64,000 nt of DNA from Selaginella moellendorffii (lineage: Eukaryota; Plantae; Lycopodiophyta). This document shows, in pieces, positions 1 to 12,254 of this stretch (within the stretch, counting starts at the first letter, position 1; the number at the start of each line of letters is the position of its first letter). The DNA is taken from NCBI RefSeq assembly GCF_000143415.4, contig NW_003314382.1, positions 88,210 to 152,209 of the forward strand. The letters are read 5' to 3'. The position numbers were made by a program, and so were the translations under genes. Below the pieces are notes generated by a model that was given only the letters and a program-made list of their open reading frames with translations, had not been told where the DNA came from and ran no database searches.

Positions 1-114
1 GTAGCAAAAAAAACCTCCTCGAACACGTCAGACGGCAGGCAACGGAGAACTACTAGCATATTCAATAAAAATTCTATGAATATTTATTACCTCTCCTAAG
101 GTTAGGGCTTTCCC

Positions 115-1997
115 ATGACGCAGCTCTTGCGGCGTGCTGTCTCCCAGGTATCGCGTTCCCGTCTCCAGGCCACCGCCGCCAATGCAGTGCTCTCGTGTAC
201 CACTTTCAACATTCATGCTCCAATTTACAGGCGTCTGGGTCATGATGAGGTTTGTTTGATATATGCACATCCTGCTATCCATTGTTGTTTGCAGGAAAGC
301 CGCGAAAGTGAATCCCGTGAGCTTTGGCTGAGCAGGAACCAGAAAATTCTGGACCTGCTGTTGCAGAAGAACTCGTCAGTCGTATGTTTGCAGGTAGAAT
401 ACATGGCAAGTTTGTCCACGCCATAGTAGCTAATATGCTGCGCAGGAGTTTTGGCTTGCCAACGACGAGCTTGTGCAGCTGTACGATCGTCGTCTGGGTG
501 ATGCTGGTTACAAGACGTATAAGCTGGCGAGAACCAATGACCGGGGTGACGGTGAGTCTCTCTTCAAGTTAGCTCCCCCTCTCTGATCACCCGAAGTATC
601 AATTCTCAGGGCTCCTCACTGCGGTGAAGAAGGATGCACTCCGGGTGCTCGACTGTCGAGAGCTACATTTCCACGACTGCGGTGACCGTGTCGCTCAAGT
701 CCTACACCTGAAATCCAACAAGGACGACCCTCGGGAACAGCAACAAGTTGTTCTGGTCAACACTCATCTTATCTTCCCTCATGCTTCCAACTACAGCCTC
801 CTGCGGCTGCGACAGGTATGCGCTTAGGGGGAAGGCAGTTTACATTGGGATCCAGTCGCTTACTTGTGCTGTGCATTGTGCTTTGCTTGCAGGCGTATAA
901 AATTCTCAAGTATGTGGAACAGTTTAAGGACGAGCGCAGCCTGTCGCATGCGCCGGTTCTTCTCTGCGGGTACGATGTTCGGGTTCATGCTTCGGTATCT
1001 CTCATAATGTACACGAACAACGTTTTTTTTTCTTCTGTTCTTTTCTGCCTGCCTGTCTTTCAGTGACTGGAACGGAAGCAAGCGAGGCCAGGTCTACAGA
1101 TTCTTGCGCTCTCAAGGGTTTGTGTCGTCTTACGACATGGCACGGGACTACTGGGACATCGATGCAGATGCACATCGGGTAAGAAGTAAAGGCTGAGCCT
1201 CTCTAGAGGTTTACATGCTTCAACTGTTCATCAATGTCTCAGTGGGTGAGTCATCGAAACCACCTCGGGAACGTATGTGGAGTTGACTTCATATGGCTGC
1301 TGAATCCCACTCGACAGCAACCGATCCCCCTGAGGGAGAGCTGGAAAAGAGCCGTGTTTGGCATCATTAAGTTGAGTTTTTCTGCTAGCTTTGTAGACTT
1401 TTATCTGACCTGGGACTGGTTTTCGCCTTTTCAGTCGACGCTCCTTCGCGAGCATGGCAAACAGGGGCGAGATGCCTTCGGTTTCTTTCTGCAAGGCAAA
1501 GAGCATGTCACTGACCAAGATTTCCATGCCGCAATCAAGCGAGTAAGTCTTTTTGTGCTTCTTCTGAGTTCATGTTTTCTGGTGGCATACAGCTCGAGCT
1601 ATCCAAGGACGAGCTAGCAGAGGAGGATCTGGAAGGCCTGTCCAGAGAAGAGGTCGAAGAGCTCATCGTGGCTGCAGACCTCGACGCCAACGGAGTGATC
1701 GACTACAAAGATTTCCAAGTATGCTTTCTCTGGAGTCAATGGTTTACAATGCCGTGAAAACATAAATATATGCAGGAGACGCTGCTCAACCACGAGAAAA
1801 AGAGCTGGTTAACGAGGCTGTTTCAGGGGCTGCATGAGACGAAGAGCCTAGTGGGAGCGGATCTACAAGTGCAGCATGCATCATTTTATCCTCCACAAGT
1901 CGAGGAGGGGACTTGGCCCGAGAGCTATTCACTTTCAGACCATGCTCCCCTTACTGCTAGCTTTTGTCCCAGGCAGCCAGGGATGTTAGCGCTGTAA
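115..1997 (+). CDS. Endonuclease/exonuclease/phosphatase (EEP) family protein with C-terminal EF-hand (multi-exon)
   Basis: Spliced exons give CTTFNIHAPIYRR, VVCLQE, VNTHLIFPH, LCGDWNG, WVSHRNHLGNVCGVDFIWL, EF-hand ADLDANGVIDYKDF and terminal SDH motif (SLSDHAPL). ATG at 115, TAA at 1995-1997, short GT-AG introns. Confidence 0.88.
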
Positions 1998-2077
1998 AGT
2001 CAAACGACTTGATTTTTTGATTCGGATTCGAAACGAAAACTCGAAAACTCGAAAACTTGAAAAAACTTGAAAAGCTC

Positions 2078-3620
2078 TCACTTTGCTGCAGGGAGAGGCC
2101 TCTGCTCCTGGACTGCAGAGAGAGGGCGCTCCATTGGAAGCAGCTCTTCAAGCTGTTGAACCACTCCACACTTCCGTCAGTTTTGGTGACGATTGGCACA
2201 GGGTAGCGGCTGGCTTTGACCATAATCTTGTCTCCTCGCGCAACCTCTTGCCGGTGCTTTCCATCAAACGAGACGTATGCATCGTCCCTGGCGTCGCGGG
2301 GAACCTACCATGGACGCTTACAGAGAGAAAAAAAGTAAAATAGAAAAGCTGGTAGCTTGAGTTCCAAGGTGGTAGAGTCCGGGAGCACCAGAGGGCGAAA
2401 CGACAATGAGTGCGGACACACAGGAGTAAACACAATCTCAGAGACGCTGGGGTGGACCAGAGGCCCGCCTGCGGCGCTTGAGTAGCCAGTGCTCCCGGTG
2501 GGTGTTGTACCTGTAAACAAGAAAAGGAAAAGAGAGGACTACCTTTGTGATGAGGTTTCCCTCTTGGAAGCACTCTATTTTGCAGATGAAGGGGCTTCGT
2601 TCAGAATATGGTGGACGTGGATATTGTATTCATTGGGCTCGTGTTGCTGGTTGTGACGCACGATTTCACACTGTAGCCGCATCTTCATGATTACATGCAC
2701 TGTCCCGTGGAGGAGCTGCGTGAGCTCCTCCCTGTAGTTACAAAACTACAACCAAACATCAATTGTCAAGATTAAAGCACGGAAACTAATCTAGAGCCAC
2801 TTACTGGATGCCCGGACGTCATAAAACCAAGAGACCCGAGGTCGAAACAAGCAATTGGCGGTACGAACTTTGGAAAAAGGCTGGACGCATGTAGCAGTCC
2901 ACTTCCTCAAGGCTAGAAATCAACCAGCAAAAAAAAACAAAACAAAACAAAACAAAACTCATTCCTAAAGAAACTTATATGTAAAGCGATATACCCGACA
3001 TCGCCAATGGCCTGGACGAATTTGCTGCCTAATTCGTTCTCCAGTTGTGCGTGGAGATCAGGCTCAGCCAGGACTCTCACCTTTTCATTGTTCAAAAGAG
3101 ACACTACCTGTAGGGAGAGCGTAGCAAAGAAGACTTGGCAGGGTGACTTACCTTTGTGTCGAGAAGCTCGGCTCCAGGCTTCTTCAGAAGCAGTGCAGTG
3201 GTGGGAGTGCGCTTCCACACCCACCGAGCAGCTGGAAAACAGCATTGAGAGAAATGTGGCGTGAGAGATAGAAAGCACTCTTGAAGAGAAGAGGAACCTT
3301 GATCGAAAGCTGCGGTATTTGAGGCACCATTGAAGTGCGATGTCGTGATCCATCGCCAGGAGGCACCAAGCCTCCTGCAAGAACGAGCTTTGAGGCCAAA
3401 ACGAAAATATATCTAGATCACCTGCTCGTCAGACGGCGGCCGGCAGCAGCAAATCGAAACATAGCTGGATGATGACCGCAAAAGCAGGACGACGGCACCT
3501 TCGCTTGAGCGCCTATAGCAAAACACACGGAATCTACCAGGAACATTCCGTCGACCGAGAATACGTACCGGGAATATTCTCATCTGGCCGTGAGTGACGT
3601 GGACCCGGTTCACGGTGCCC
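2078..3620 (-). pseudogene. NAD kinase (NADK2-like catalytic domain) pseudogene
   Basis: Fragments [90 protein letters not shown]. Frameshifting deletions remove GGDG (~2897), VVVDRG (~2597) and GDG (~2505). One expected donor (~2355) reads CT instead of GT. 5' end uncertain. Confidence 0.8.
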
Positions 3621-3993
3621 TAAGACTTTGAACTGCCATTCCCGCCATTGGCATATTCCCAAAGTACGAGGTATCATTACACAAGAACTTGTTTTGGGGT
3701 GCCCAATTGAAAACATGGAATGATGAATGCAAAAATGCAAGTTGGATTATCCTTAGTTTCTGAGGAAAAATGATTAAAGAATATTCTAAGAATAATTTAA
3801 AATCTTGTCTTATCATAATGATGAAGATAAATAAATAATTCTAGATTATTCTTAGAATATTCTTAGAATATGTTTCTGTCCAGTCCTATTAATATAACCA
3901 GAAAGAATATTTTAATTGTTAACAGCTTTTTTAAGAATAATTTAATGTTGATTACCAGACCATTTAATTCTTTTCCAAGAGAATTTTAATCTT

Positions 3994-6900
3994 CTACACA
4001 CCAGAGCGTGCCGAGTATTCACGGACCAGTGCTGCAAACAAAGACGTTGGTCGTTCGAGCAGCACTGACGGCCGATCGTACTCTTTCACCTCTCCTGGCA
4101 GAAAGGAGAAAAAAATAAAGAGTTAAAGCACAAGCAACATTATGAATTCATTTACCTTCGCCCATCACCAAAACTTTGTCACTGTCCATCACAGACGGGA
4201 TCCTGTGAGCCACGCTCACCACTGTCGACGACGCGAATTGCTCGCGGATCGTCTTTTGGATGACCGCGTCCGTCTGTGCGTCCACGGATGCAGTTGCCTC
4301 GTCCAGGAACAAGAGCCGGCTGTCTTTCAGCAATGCCCGTCCCAAGCAGAAGAGCTGCTTCTGCCCAACGCTCCAGTTATCGCCATTATCCACCACTGCC
4401 ACCAAAGTCTATCTCAGCTACCGACTAAGAAATCTAGGAACCATATATACCAGATGAGTCGAGCCCTCCAGTTTTCTGTTGAACAGCATCCGCCAGCTGA
4501 CACTTTCTTAGAACCTGTGGAAGAGAATTATCGTGTCCGCAAGTTTTTGAGAAAGCTAGCATACCTCCCAAATCCGATCGTCCGAGTACTGGCCAAGTGG
4601 ATCTACGTTGCTTCTTATGCTGCCTTCGAACAGTATGGGCTCCTGGGGTATGATTCCAAACCGGGACCTCAGGTCAGCTAGTCCGAGCTGTGTGATGTCA
4701 ATGCCGTCAATTCGAACTTCGCCCCCACACGGCTCTACCAGCCTGAAGAAGGCTTGAATCAGCGTCGACTTTCCACTCCCAGTTCGACCAACAACGCCAA
4801 CTTTGTCTCCTCCTTGGATAGTCAAGGTTACTCCTTTCAAGACGAGAGGAGTGTTTGGCCGATACCGAAGCTGGTAAAACGATGCAGCGTTATAATACAC
4901 GAGAGAACTTCTGTGAGAGCTTACTTGCAAGTTTCGAACAGCTACAGTTCCTTGGCTGGGCCATATTAGAGGGGCCCTGTAGTCGTCATTTATCCTCGGG
5001 GCCTCACTTTCGATGGTAGTGTACTGTCGGATTCTTTCTACAGAAACCATTTTGTTCTCCAGCATGCATGCAATCCACACCGACCAGAACAAGGACGAAT
5101 TGAGCACCAATCCATACGATAGGGCGAGACCAACATTTTCTGTAACAGAAAGGAAATGAAAAACGAGTAACACTGATCCAAAGCTTATTACCAGGTGCGA
5201 TAATACTCGCTGGAAGAGTCACGAGCAACAAAGCCGATGCACAGAGAACGATTGTGCCGAGCAGCTCTAGCCTCAATCCAAGCCACTCGTTCGAGGCAAT
5301 GTTATGAAACTCCATGCGTATGTTGGTGTTTACCCTGTCCACATTGCCATCAATAAAGCTTTCTTGCTTCTTAAACGCACGGATAGTTGGCAGTCCTGCT
5401 AATGTCTCGGAGAAGTGGAAAATGACTGGAGCTTTAGAGATAGAATCCAAACGAGTAAGTTCTCTAGATGTTGTGATATAGTAATTCTGCAAAGACGAGT
5501 TTTTCAATTCAAGAGACGAAGAAATCCTACCATACCTGGTAAAAGAGGAAAGCCCAAGCAAGAGGCAGTATGAGAAAAATCAGTGGCCACGTAACTTGGC
5601 ATGCCACTATCACAGAACCAAGAGTTCCCAAGAAAGTCGCTATGGTTCCTGATACAAAAAACGGCACGAGCACGTCAAGCTGAGCCTGATCAGTAGACGA
5701 CTGCAACAGCGAGAAACAGCAAAATTAGCAAGAAAACGAAGGAAAGAATCGAAAAACTTATCGTGCTTACTCTGCTCAAAATTCTTCCCGACGGCGTTGT
5801 GTCAAAGAAAGACATTGGACTTCGAAAAATGCTGCGCAACATGTCGAAGTAGAACATCTGTGCTGCTTTCAATCCCGCCACTGTCTGAAACGATACTCTT
5901 CCTATCACCAAAACCCAGGATATCGCGCTGAGGACCAAGTAAACTTTCACAAATGCGGCCGCACTGAAAGACGTCTTCGCCGTTTCTGCCGCAAGCCAGT
6001 AGTCACTTGCGATGCTCACCACTGTCCACAATCCTTGACACGACACAATAATGGGGAGTGTTGGCCAGCCGAATGCTTTGGTGAAGTACAGCCAGTAGAC
6101 CCTCCATCCGACTCGTCCGGCTTCTCTTTGTTCCTCGTCGATAAGCTTGGCTGAGCCTTTTAGTTTCTGCGGCTGACGGGGCTCTCTTATCGAAGGCCTT
6201 CGTTTGAATGACAGCTTTCGTTCCTGAGTAGCCTCGAGAGGGAGATCAGTAACAACATCTTGCTCGTCCATGCTAATTGATTCCATTGCGCTGTGATGAG
6301 CAGCTACTAAAACTTCCAAGTCCGTTCCTTTTTCTAAGAGTTCCGAGTACTTGCCAGATTGAACAATCGTGCCATCGCGCAGAACCTACAAAAGTTGTGG
6401 TTAAGAACGATAAATAGTAAAAGAAAAGAAGAAAACGTACCAGAACCAAGTCGGCGTGATGCAAAAATTCAACTTGATGCGTAACCAGCAACACCGTCTT
6501 CTTTCGCAAATATCCAAGTATACATTCCTACGAAATAAACAAGGCTATGTGACTCAATAATATGAACAGAAAGTTTAGAAGTTGCACCTGAAACAAGTGC
6601 GTGCCAGTGTGAGCGTCCACAGCACTGAAGACATCGTCAAGCAAATAAATGTCCGAGTCTTGGTACACAGCTCTGGCCAGCTGAATGCGCTGCTTCTGCC
6701 CACCGCTGAGATTGATACCTCGCTCTCCAATTTCCGTCTGGTCCCCGAACTCCATGAGTTTGAAGTCCTGTTCTAAGGCACACGAACGGACTACTGCAGC
6801 GTATCTCGCCTTGTCCATTGGCAAGCCGAACAAAATGTTGTCTTCAATCGTCGCGTTTTGTATCCAGGCAGTTTGTGGAACGTAGGCCGTGCTGCCGGAA

Positions 6901-9250
6901 ATTCTTACCTGGATAGATTTAAGAAAGCGTTAGACATATCATGTTCTGAGACCAGAAAGTCCTACCTTTCCCGACAGCTTGCGCATTTCTCCAAGCAAAG
7001 CCGTCAGCATCGATGACTTTCCGGATCCCACAGTCCCAACAATTGCTACAAGTTGGCCTTTCTTCACGTGGACATTGATATCTTTCAGCGTGGGTTCATC
7101 CTCTTCCCAGGAAAACGTCCCGTCCTCAACATCGACGGCAGCATCGGCATCCGCTGGTAGCTTCTCCACAGCTTTCGTGTCCAGTTCATCACTGACCATG
7201 TACTTATCCAGCCGCTCTAGCGACACCAGCGATTGCGAGATGGAGATGAGTGCCTGAGGAAATGCTCGGACAGGCTCTTGCAGTATGCGAAAAGTTGCGG
7301 TGGCTGTAAAAACTTTGGCGGCAGTTAGCTCGACGTTGAATACCACACAAGCCGCAAAAGTTACCGTCGCCACCAGCGAAGAACACATCCACAGGGCTGC
7401 TATATTCTGAGCAAGGACGATTAGGAACTTGCGTAGAGATGTGTACTCCCTCATCCTGTACCCCTCGACTCGGCCTAGAAAGTGGTCCTCCCACGCCTGG
7501 AACTTGATGATCTTCATAAAGTTGAGAACCTCGCTCGTAGCTTTCATCCGTTCGTCTCTCATGGCCATGAGTTTGGTCTGGTGTTCTCGCTGCTTCTTTG
7601 TGTAGTAAAAGTTGAGGGCGATAATAATCGCCATGACAAAAAAGCCGGCTAGCATAGGCAATCCCATAACTCCGTACAAGATGGCGAGAGCTATGCAAAC
7701 TTGTGCCGGAAGAACCCAGAGGTTGTGGAGCTGGTACATCAGATCCGAGAGCTGCTGAGCATCCACCACCATGTAATTCACAATGTGGCCAACTCCATGA
7801 CCCTGCTTGGACGAGCTCGAGAGACGAAGGCCTTTCTGGTAAACAGCAGCGATAATCGTCGAGCGAACCATCATTCCCAGCTTCATACTTTGGAAGTTAT
7901 ACTGATGAGACGAGAACACCTCTATGACTTTAGCGATCAGCAAAACCAGGACGAGAAGGTATCCTTCGTAAGCCGGGCCTTGATAAGCATTTGCGGTATA
8001 GCTGACAAACCTCTGAATGAGAATCGGACCAGCGTACATGACGCAAAGCCTGATCAAAGCCAGCAGTCCGTTGCGAAAGAGAATGCCGCCAAAGCATTTT
8101 AGTAACGTCGATCTCACAGGATGGCTGCCCGGGTCGTTCTCTGGCCAGTCCCTCTTAAAACGCGAATAGTTACTCTCAGCTCTGTCGTCGGGTGCCAGCA
8201 GCGGAATATCATGGAGTTGGAGCGGACTCTTGTATCCCTTGTCTAGCAGCGGTGTCAACCACTTCCACACGGCCCTGTTGAAGACCCCGGCAGTAGCGTA
8301 CCCCGTCGTAGGAAGGACCTCTTCAGCAATGCCATCGTCCACAACTTTCTCCAAATGCCCGTTCTCCAGCAGTGGTTTGGCCACGCTCGAAGAACAAATG
8401 ACAATGCCTGTCCAGCCTCGGATAGCCACCACGAGAAAGAATATAGAAACCGGGAACATAACCAGCGAGACGATGCCATTGCCAGCAAGGTGAGCATCGA
8501 ATCTTAGTACTACTCTCTGCACTGCAGTAGAGAAAAGCAAGGCTGACAACAAAAAATCAATCACCCACCAGGATCGAATCGTCCAAGGGTGGACAAGGAT
8601 ATTAAACTTCTTCTCGTGTCCAACGATGACGACAAAGCAGAGCCACTTGAAACTCTGTATGGTGGAAAACATAATGTCGACTGTAGCAACCGAAGCTTCT
8701 TCGCGGGCCAGTTTAAGCCAGAGCAGACAAGCATCCACGGCGGCGTAGAGAATGCCCGCCATAGATGCGAGAGCCAGAGTTGCGTGAAACATCTTCGTGG
8801 ACTTAGTAGTCGTCACCTCTTTCCCATAGCTGGAGTGTCGTGATGTTCTAAGCTGCGAGGCCGTCTTTATGATTGCCAGCACCACGAACACCGCTAGAAA
8901 GAGGAGCTGGATCACGGAAACGATCGCCCGTTGCGAGCAGGGATTGAAGAGATAGAACATGATCCAGTCGAGCGTAGATTCGGTGCCAGAATTCGTGGAG
9001 CATATCTGGAGGAGGAGGAAATCTCGGGACGAAACTTCTGGTGGTCAAGCCAAAACTTTAATGCTATGTAACCAATGTAACCAAGAACACTAACGACGTA
9101 CCATCCATCGTGAAGCCAAAGAGGAGGGATTTCGACAGATATAGAAATGCCGCTGGCCAAGAGGCCCTCAAGAACAGTCGAGCTGGTGAAACGAGCAGTG
9201 ACAAACCACTCAAACTGAGAAGATCTTACCAGAGCGATGGAGAGCTCCAT
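3994..9250 (-). CDS. ABC transporter C family (MRP), ABCC4/ABCC14-like, multi-exon
   Basis: TMD0-TMD1-NBD1-TMD2-NBD2 layout: [59 protein letters not shown]. Ends [11 protein letters not shown] at 3994. First exon MELSIAL (ATG 9250) inferred from a phase-0 GT..AG intron at 9229-9006. Confidence 0.93.
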
Positions 9251-9340
9251 GAATCCTTGTGAATCACGCACCAGCCTTCGAAATATCGATGCCGCCGGGG
9301 CTGTGAATGAAATATCGATCCACCGATCGAGATCGCTGCC

Positions 9341-9434
9341 GAAATATCGATCGACAAAGATCGCTGCTGCCGAAAATCGATCGACAAAGATCGTTGCCGC
9401 CGAGATATCGATCGACAAAGATCGCTGCTGCCGA
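9341..9434. repeat. 3 x ~31-bp tandem repeat (ATCGATCGACAAAGATCGYTGCYGCCGA) upstream of the ABCC gene
   Basis: Three adjacent near-identical units rich in ATCGAT/GATC palindromes. Confidence 0.85.
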
Positions 9435-9649
9435 AGGCCGGGACCTTCCACAAACTTGGGGCGCGATCGATGATCGATTGCGCTGCCGCGGCGTCTGTCG
9501 GCGAGCGAGCGCCCCGCCAAGCCCAGGGACCGCCTTGGAGAAAAAAAAGAATTTTGACCCTACAATACAAGCATCGTACGCCAGTAACATTTTGGAAGCT
9601 TGTAATTAAATGAATTTCTCCCTCTTCTTCTTTCTTTCGTCAGGGAAGT

Positions 9650-11956
9650 TTAATGCCCCAACACGTCAATTGTAGATAGACAGTCATTCATGACCTGCCC
9701 ATCGATCAAATGGTTGTTCCAGAACTTGACAAGTAGGAACATGAAGCACCTTCCACAGATTAAAAACAAAGAAGCTTAGAACTAAAGAACAAGCCACACC
9801 AAACAAAGGGGGTGTCGCTTACCTGCGCAGAGAAGGAGATTTGCGAAACTCTTCCGCATGGAGCTTTACGAAAGCCTGACACGCCCACGGACAATGACCA
9901 TCGGCTATAACTCTGTAGCAGCGTGTTGATCCAAGATAGAAAAACAAAGGTTGTGTCTCTCTCACCTTTGTCTACGAACAAAATCGTTCCAGCGGTGCAT
10001 AACATCCTTCTCATCCTTGGTCACGTCGACAAAATCGTCCAGCATCTGAAAGGAATTGCGTTCTTAGAGACATGTGCTAGGAAATCCGTTTGACAGAGTT
10101 CTCATACCCGACAATCTTCCAGACTCGCAATTGCATCATCGAGCTCGTCTTCGCTGTCCTTGTCAGACAATAGCTGCTCGCTTGCCATGGGCTGAAACAC
10201 GAATGTGTTAGACTCGAACTTCGGAAATACTACTGACTAACCTGACCGGTGTGCGCATGAAAGAACTGACGCTTCAGAAGTAGAGCTCGACTGCACACTC
10301 GAAAGAATTGTCAGTACGAGATCACAAAGTTTGTGCCAGAACAGAACGCTTACTTTCGTGCTTCAGCGCGCTCACTCGTGACCTTGCGGCTTTTCTCCAC
10401 CCGCGGGCCAGAGGATCTCACGAGCTTCTTCGGAGGAAGCAAGGCCAAACCATCGCGGGATGCACCCGCGCGGATTAAACTTCCGCTCGCTGCAGAAGCT
10501 GGAGGGACACCTTTGAAAACTTCTCCAGTCTTTTCCCCGCGCTGCTTCTTTGGCGGAGGAAGAGAAAAACGCCTGTCCGACAAGGAGATAGTTCTCAAAA
10601 ACTCCTGCCTCGCGTCCAACTCCTTCTCTGATGTACTCGCCACCGAGCGAGTTTCCTCTGCATTGTGCGCTGTGTCGTCGGACTTCTTTCTCAGCTGCGA
10701 CTCCAACCTTTGAGAGGAACCGTCGGCCAAGTAGATTGGTACTTGCTTGAAGAGCTGGTTGCCCCCATGACCGTTCGAGTGCAACACAGCTCCAAAAGCG
10801 GTCGTGCATGTTGAATCCTTGAAACTGCCAGTAGAATGCTCGTAGCCTTTACGCACCAGAAAAGTTTTGCCGTTTTCCAGGTGACCATTGGTCCGGAGTT
10901 CTGTTTGAGTGAGCCGATAAGACTTCAACCTCTGTCTTTTAACGGAACTAACATGAGAGCTGCAAGTAGCAAATCAGTAGAAAGTTTTAAGTTCCTCCCG
11001 CAACGTGAAATTGACACTCACCAATAGTAAAAACTCTTTAGTCTAGGATCACTCAAGACTTCAATGTCACTGTCAATACTCTTAAGGAAAACAAAGCGGA
11101 TGCTTAGTAACAGAATTATAAATGCTGCTGGAAAGGAAAAATCACCTCGAATCCGTAGATAGCGCTCTTACAAGTAACAATAACGGCCTGGATATCCCCC
11201 GTAGCCTGACAAAAGCATAAACAACGGTCACGAAACCCAGTTTTAAGGCGGCAAGACGGCAAACCGAGTATTCAAAATTGAAACGATCATGCGACGAGTC
11301 CAAGTGACAACGCAAACCCTGTGAATGAATGAAAACGCAAGAAACTTCGTAATCTCTTGAAACTAAAAGGCAAAATTTTCGATATTTACCTTGAAAGTCC
11401 AGCAGCAAGCCAGGCAAAAAGGGCACGAAAAATTCTCCGTCGCTGGAAGCACAACAAAACACCGTCAAGCGGAGATCTCGCCAAACGCAAGAACACGCTA
11501 AAACCTTCAATTTTGCGAAGCCTGTTGAAGTAGTATAGGTAATGAAATATCACCCTTCCAAGTGGCCTACAGCTGCGTTCTAAGCAAGGAACAACGTCAA
11601 TTGGTGGAAAAGTAAAGAATGCAGGTAGAACTTTACCGTCTCTCGCGTCTCGCTTGAATCTTGTAGCTCAGGGAGCGCTGGAGAAAGATAGGCTACAACA
11701 AAGAAAAAAAATTTCTTTAGACCCCAAGAAAGAACCAAACCAAAACAAAAAAAAAAGAGAAGGAAAACAAGCTCAAGAACGCTACCTGGACGATAGCTCG
11801 GCGCTGGATGATGTTGTAGAGCTCCACCGGCTTGCAATACTGGTAAAGACTCTCTTGAGCTGCCTTTTGATCCACCACCGCCATTCTCTCCATATCTTTC
11901 CCCAAATCCATGGAGTGATTCGGCCATGACGGCCGCGATGACTCCGCCAAGGTCAT
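9650..11956 (-). CDS. VEF-family Polycomb PRC2 subunit (Su(z)12 / EMF2-VRN2-like)
   Basis: AAQESLYQYCKPVELYNIIQRRA..PIFLQRSLSYKI; C2H2 finger ENFSCPFCLACCWTFKGLRCHLDSSH; VEFS box RQFFHAHTGQPMASEQLLSDKDSEDE..MLDDFVDVTKDEK..VIADGHCPWACQAF. TAA at 9650. Start is ATG 11956 or 11911. Confidence 0.9.
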
Positions 11957-12254
11957 CGCGCGCCCCGGCCACTCCCAAATCCCTGCGAGCCTACATACCC
12001 CAGGAAATCGCTAGGCGCTCGAGCCGGGCGGATCTATACTGGCGCCCTCGCCATCGCCCCCGCCCCCTCCCCCGCGCTGTGGATCTTCCTGGTAGGGTTT
12101 TTAGATTTGCGGTGGTTGGGGATATTCCCCAGGTACTTTGGAGCATCAAACAAAACGGTCAATTCGAGTTTTACTCTCTCCATCCACGCGGTAAATATCC
12201 AACGAGACACCTCGCGTTTTTATTCGAGTCCAAACAAAACTGGAGATTCTTTTG

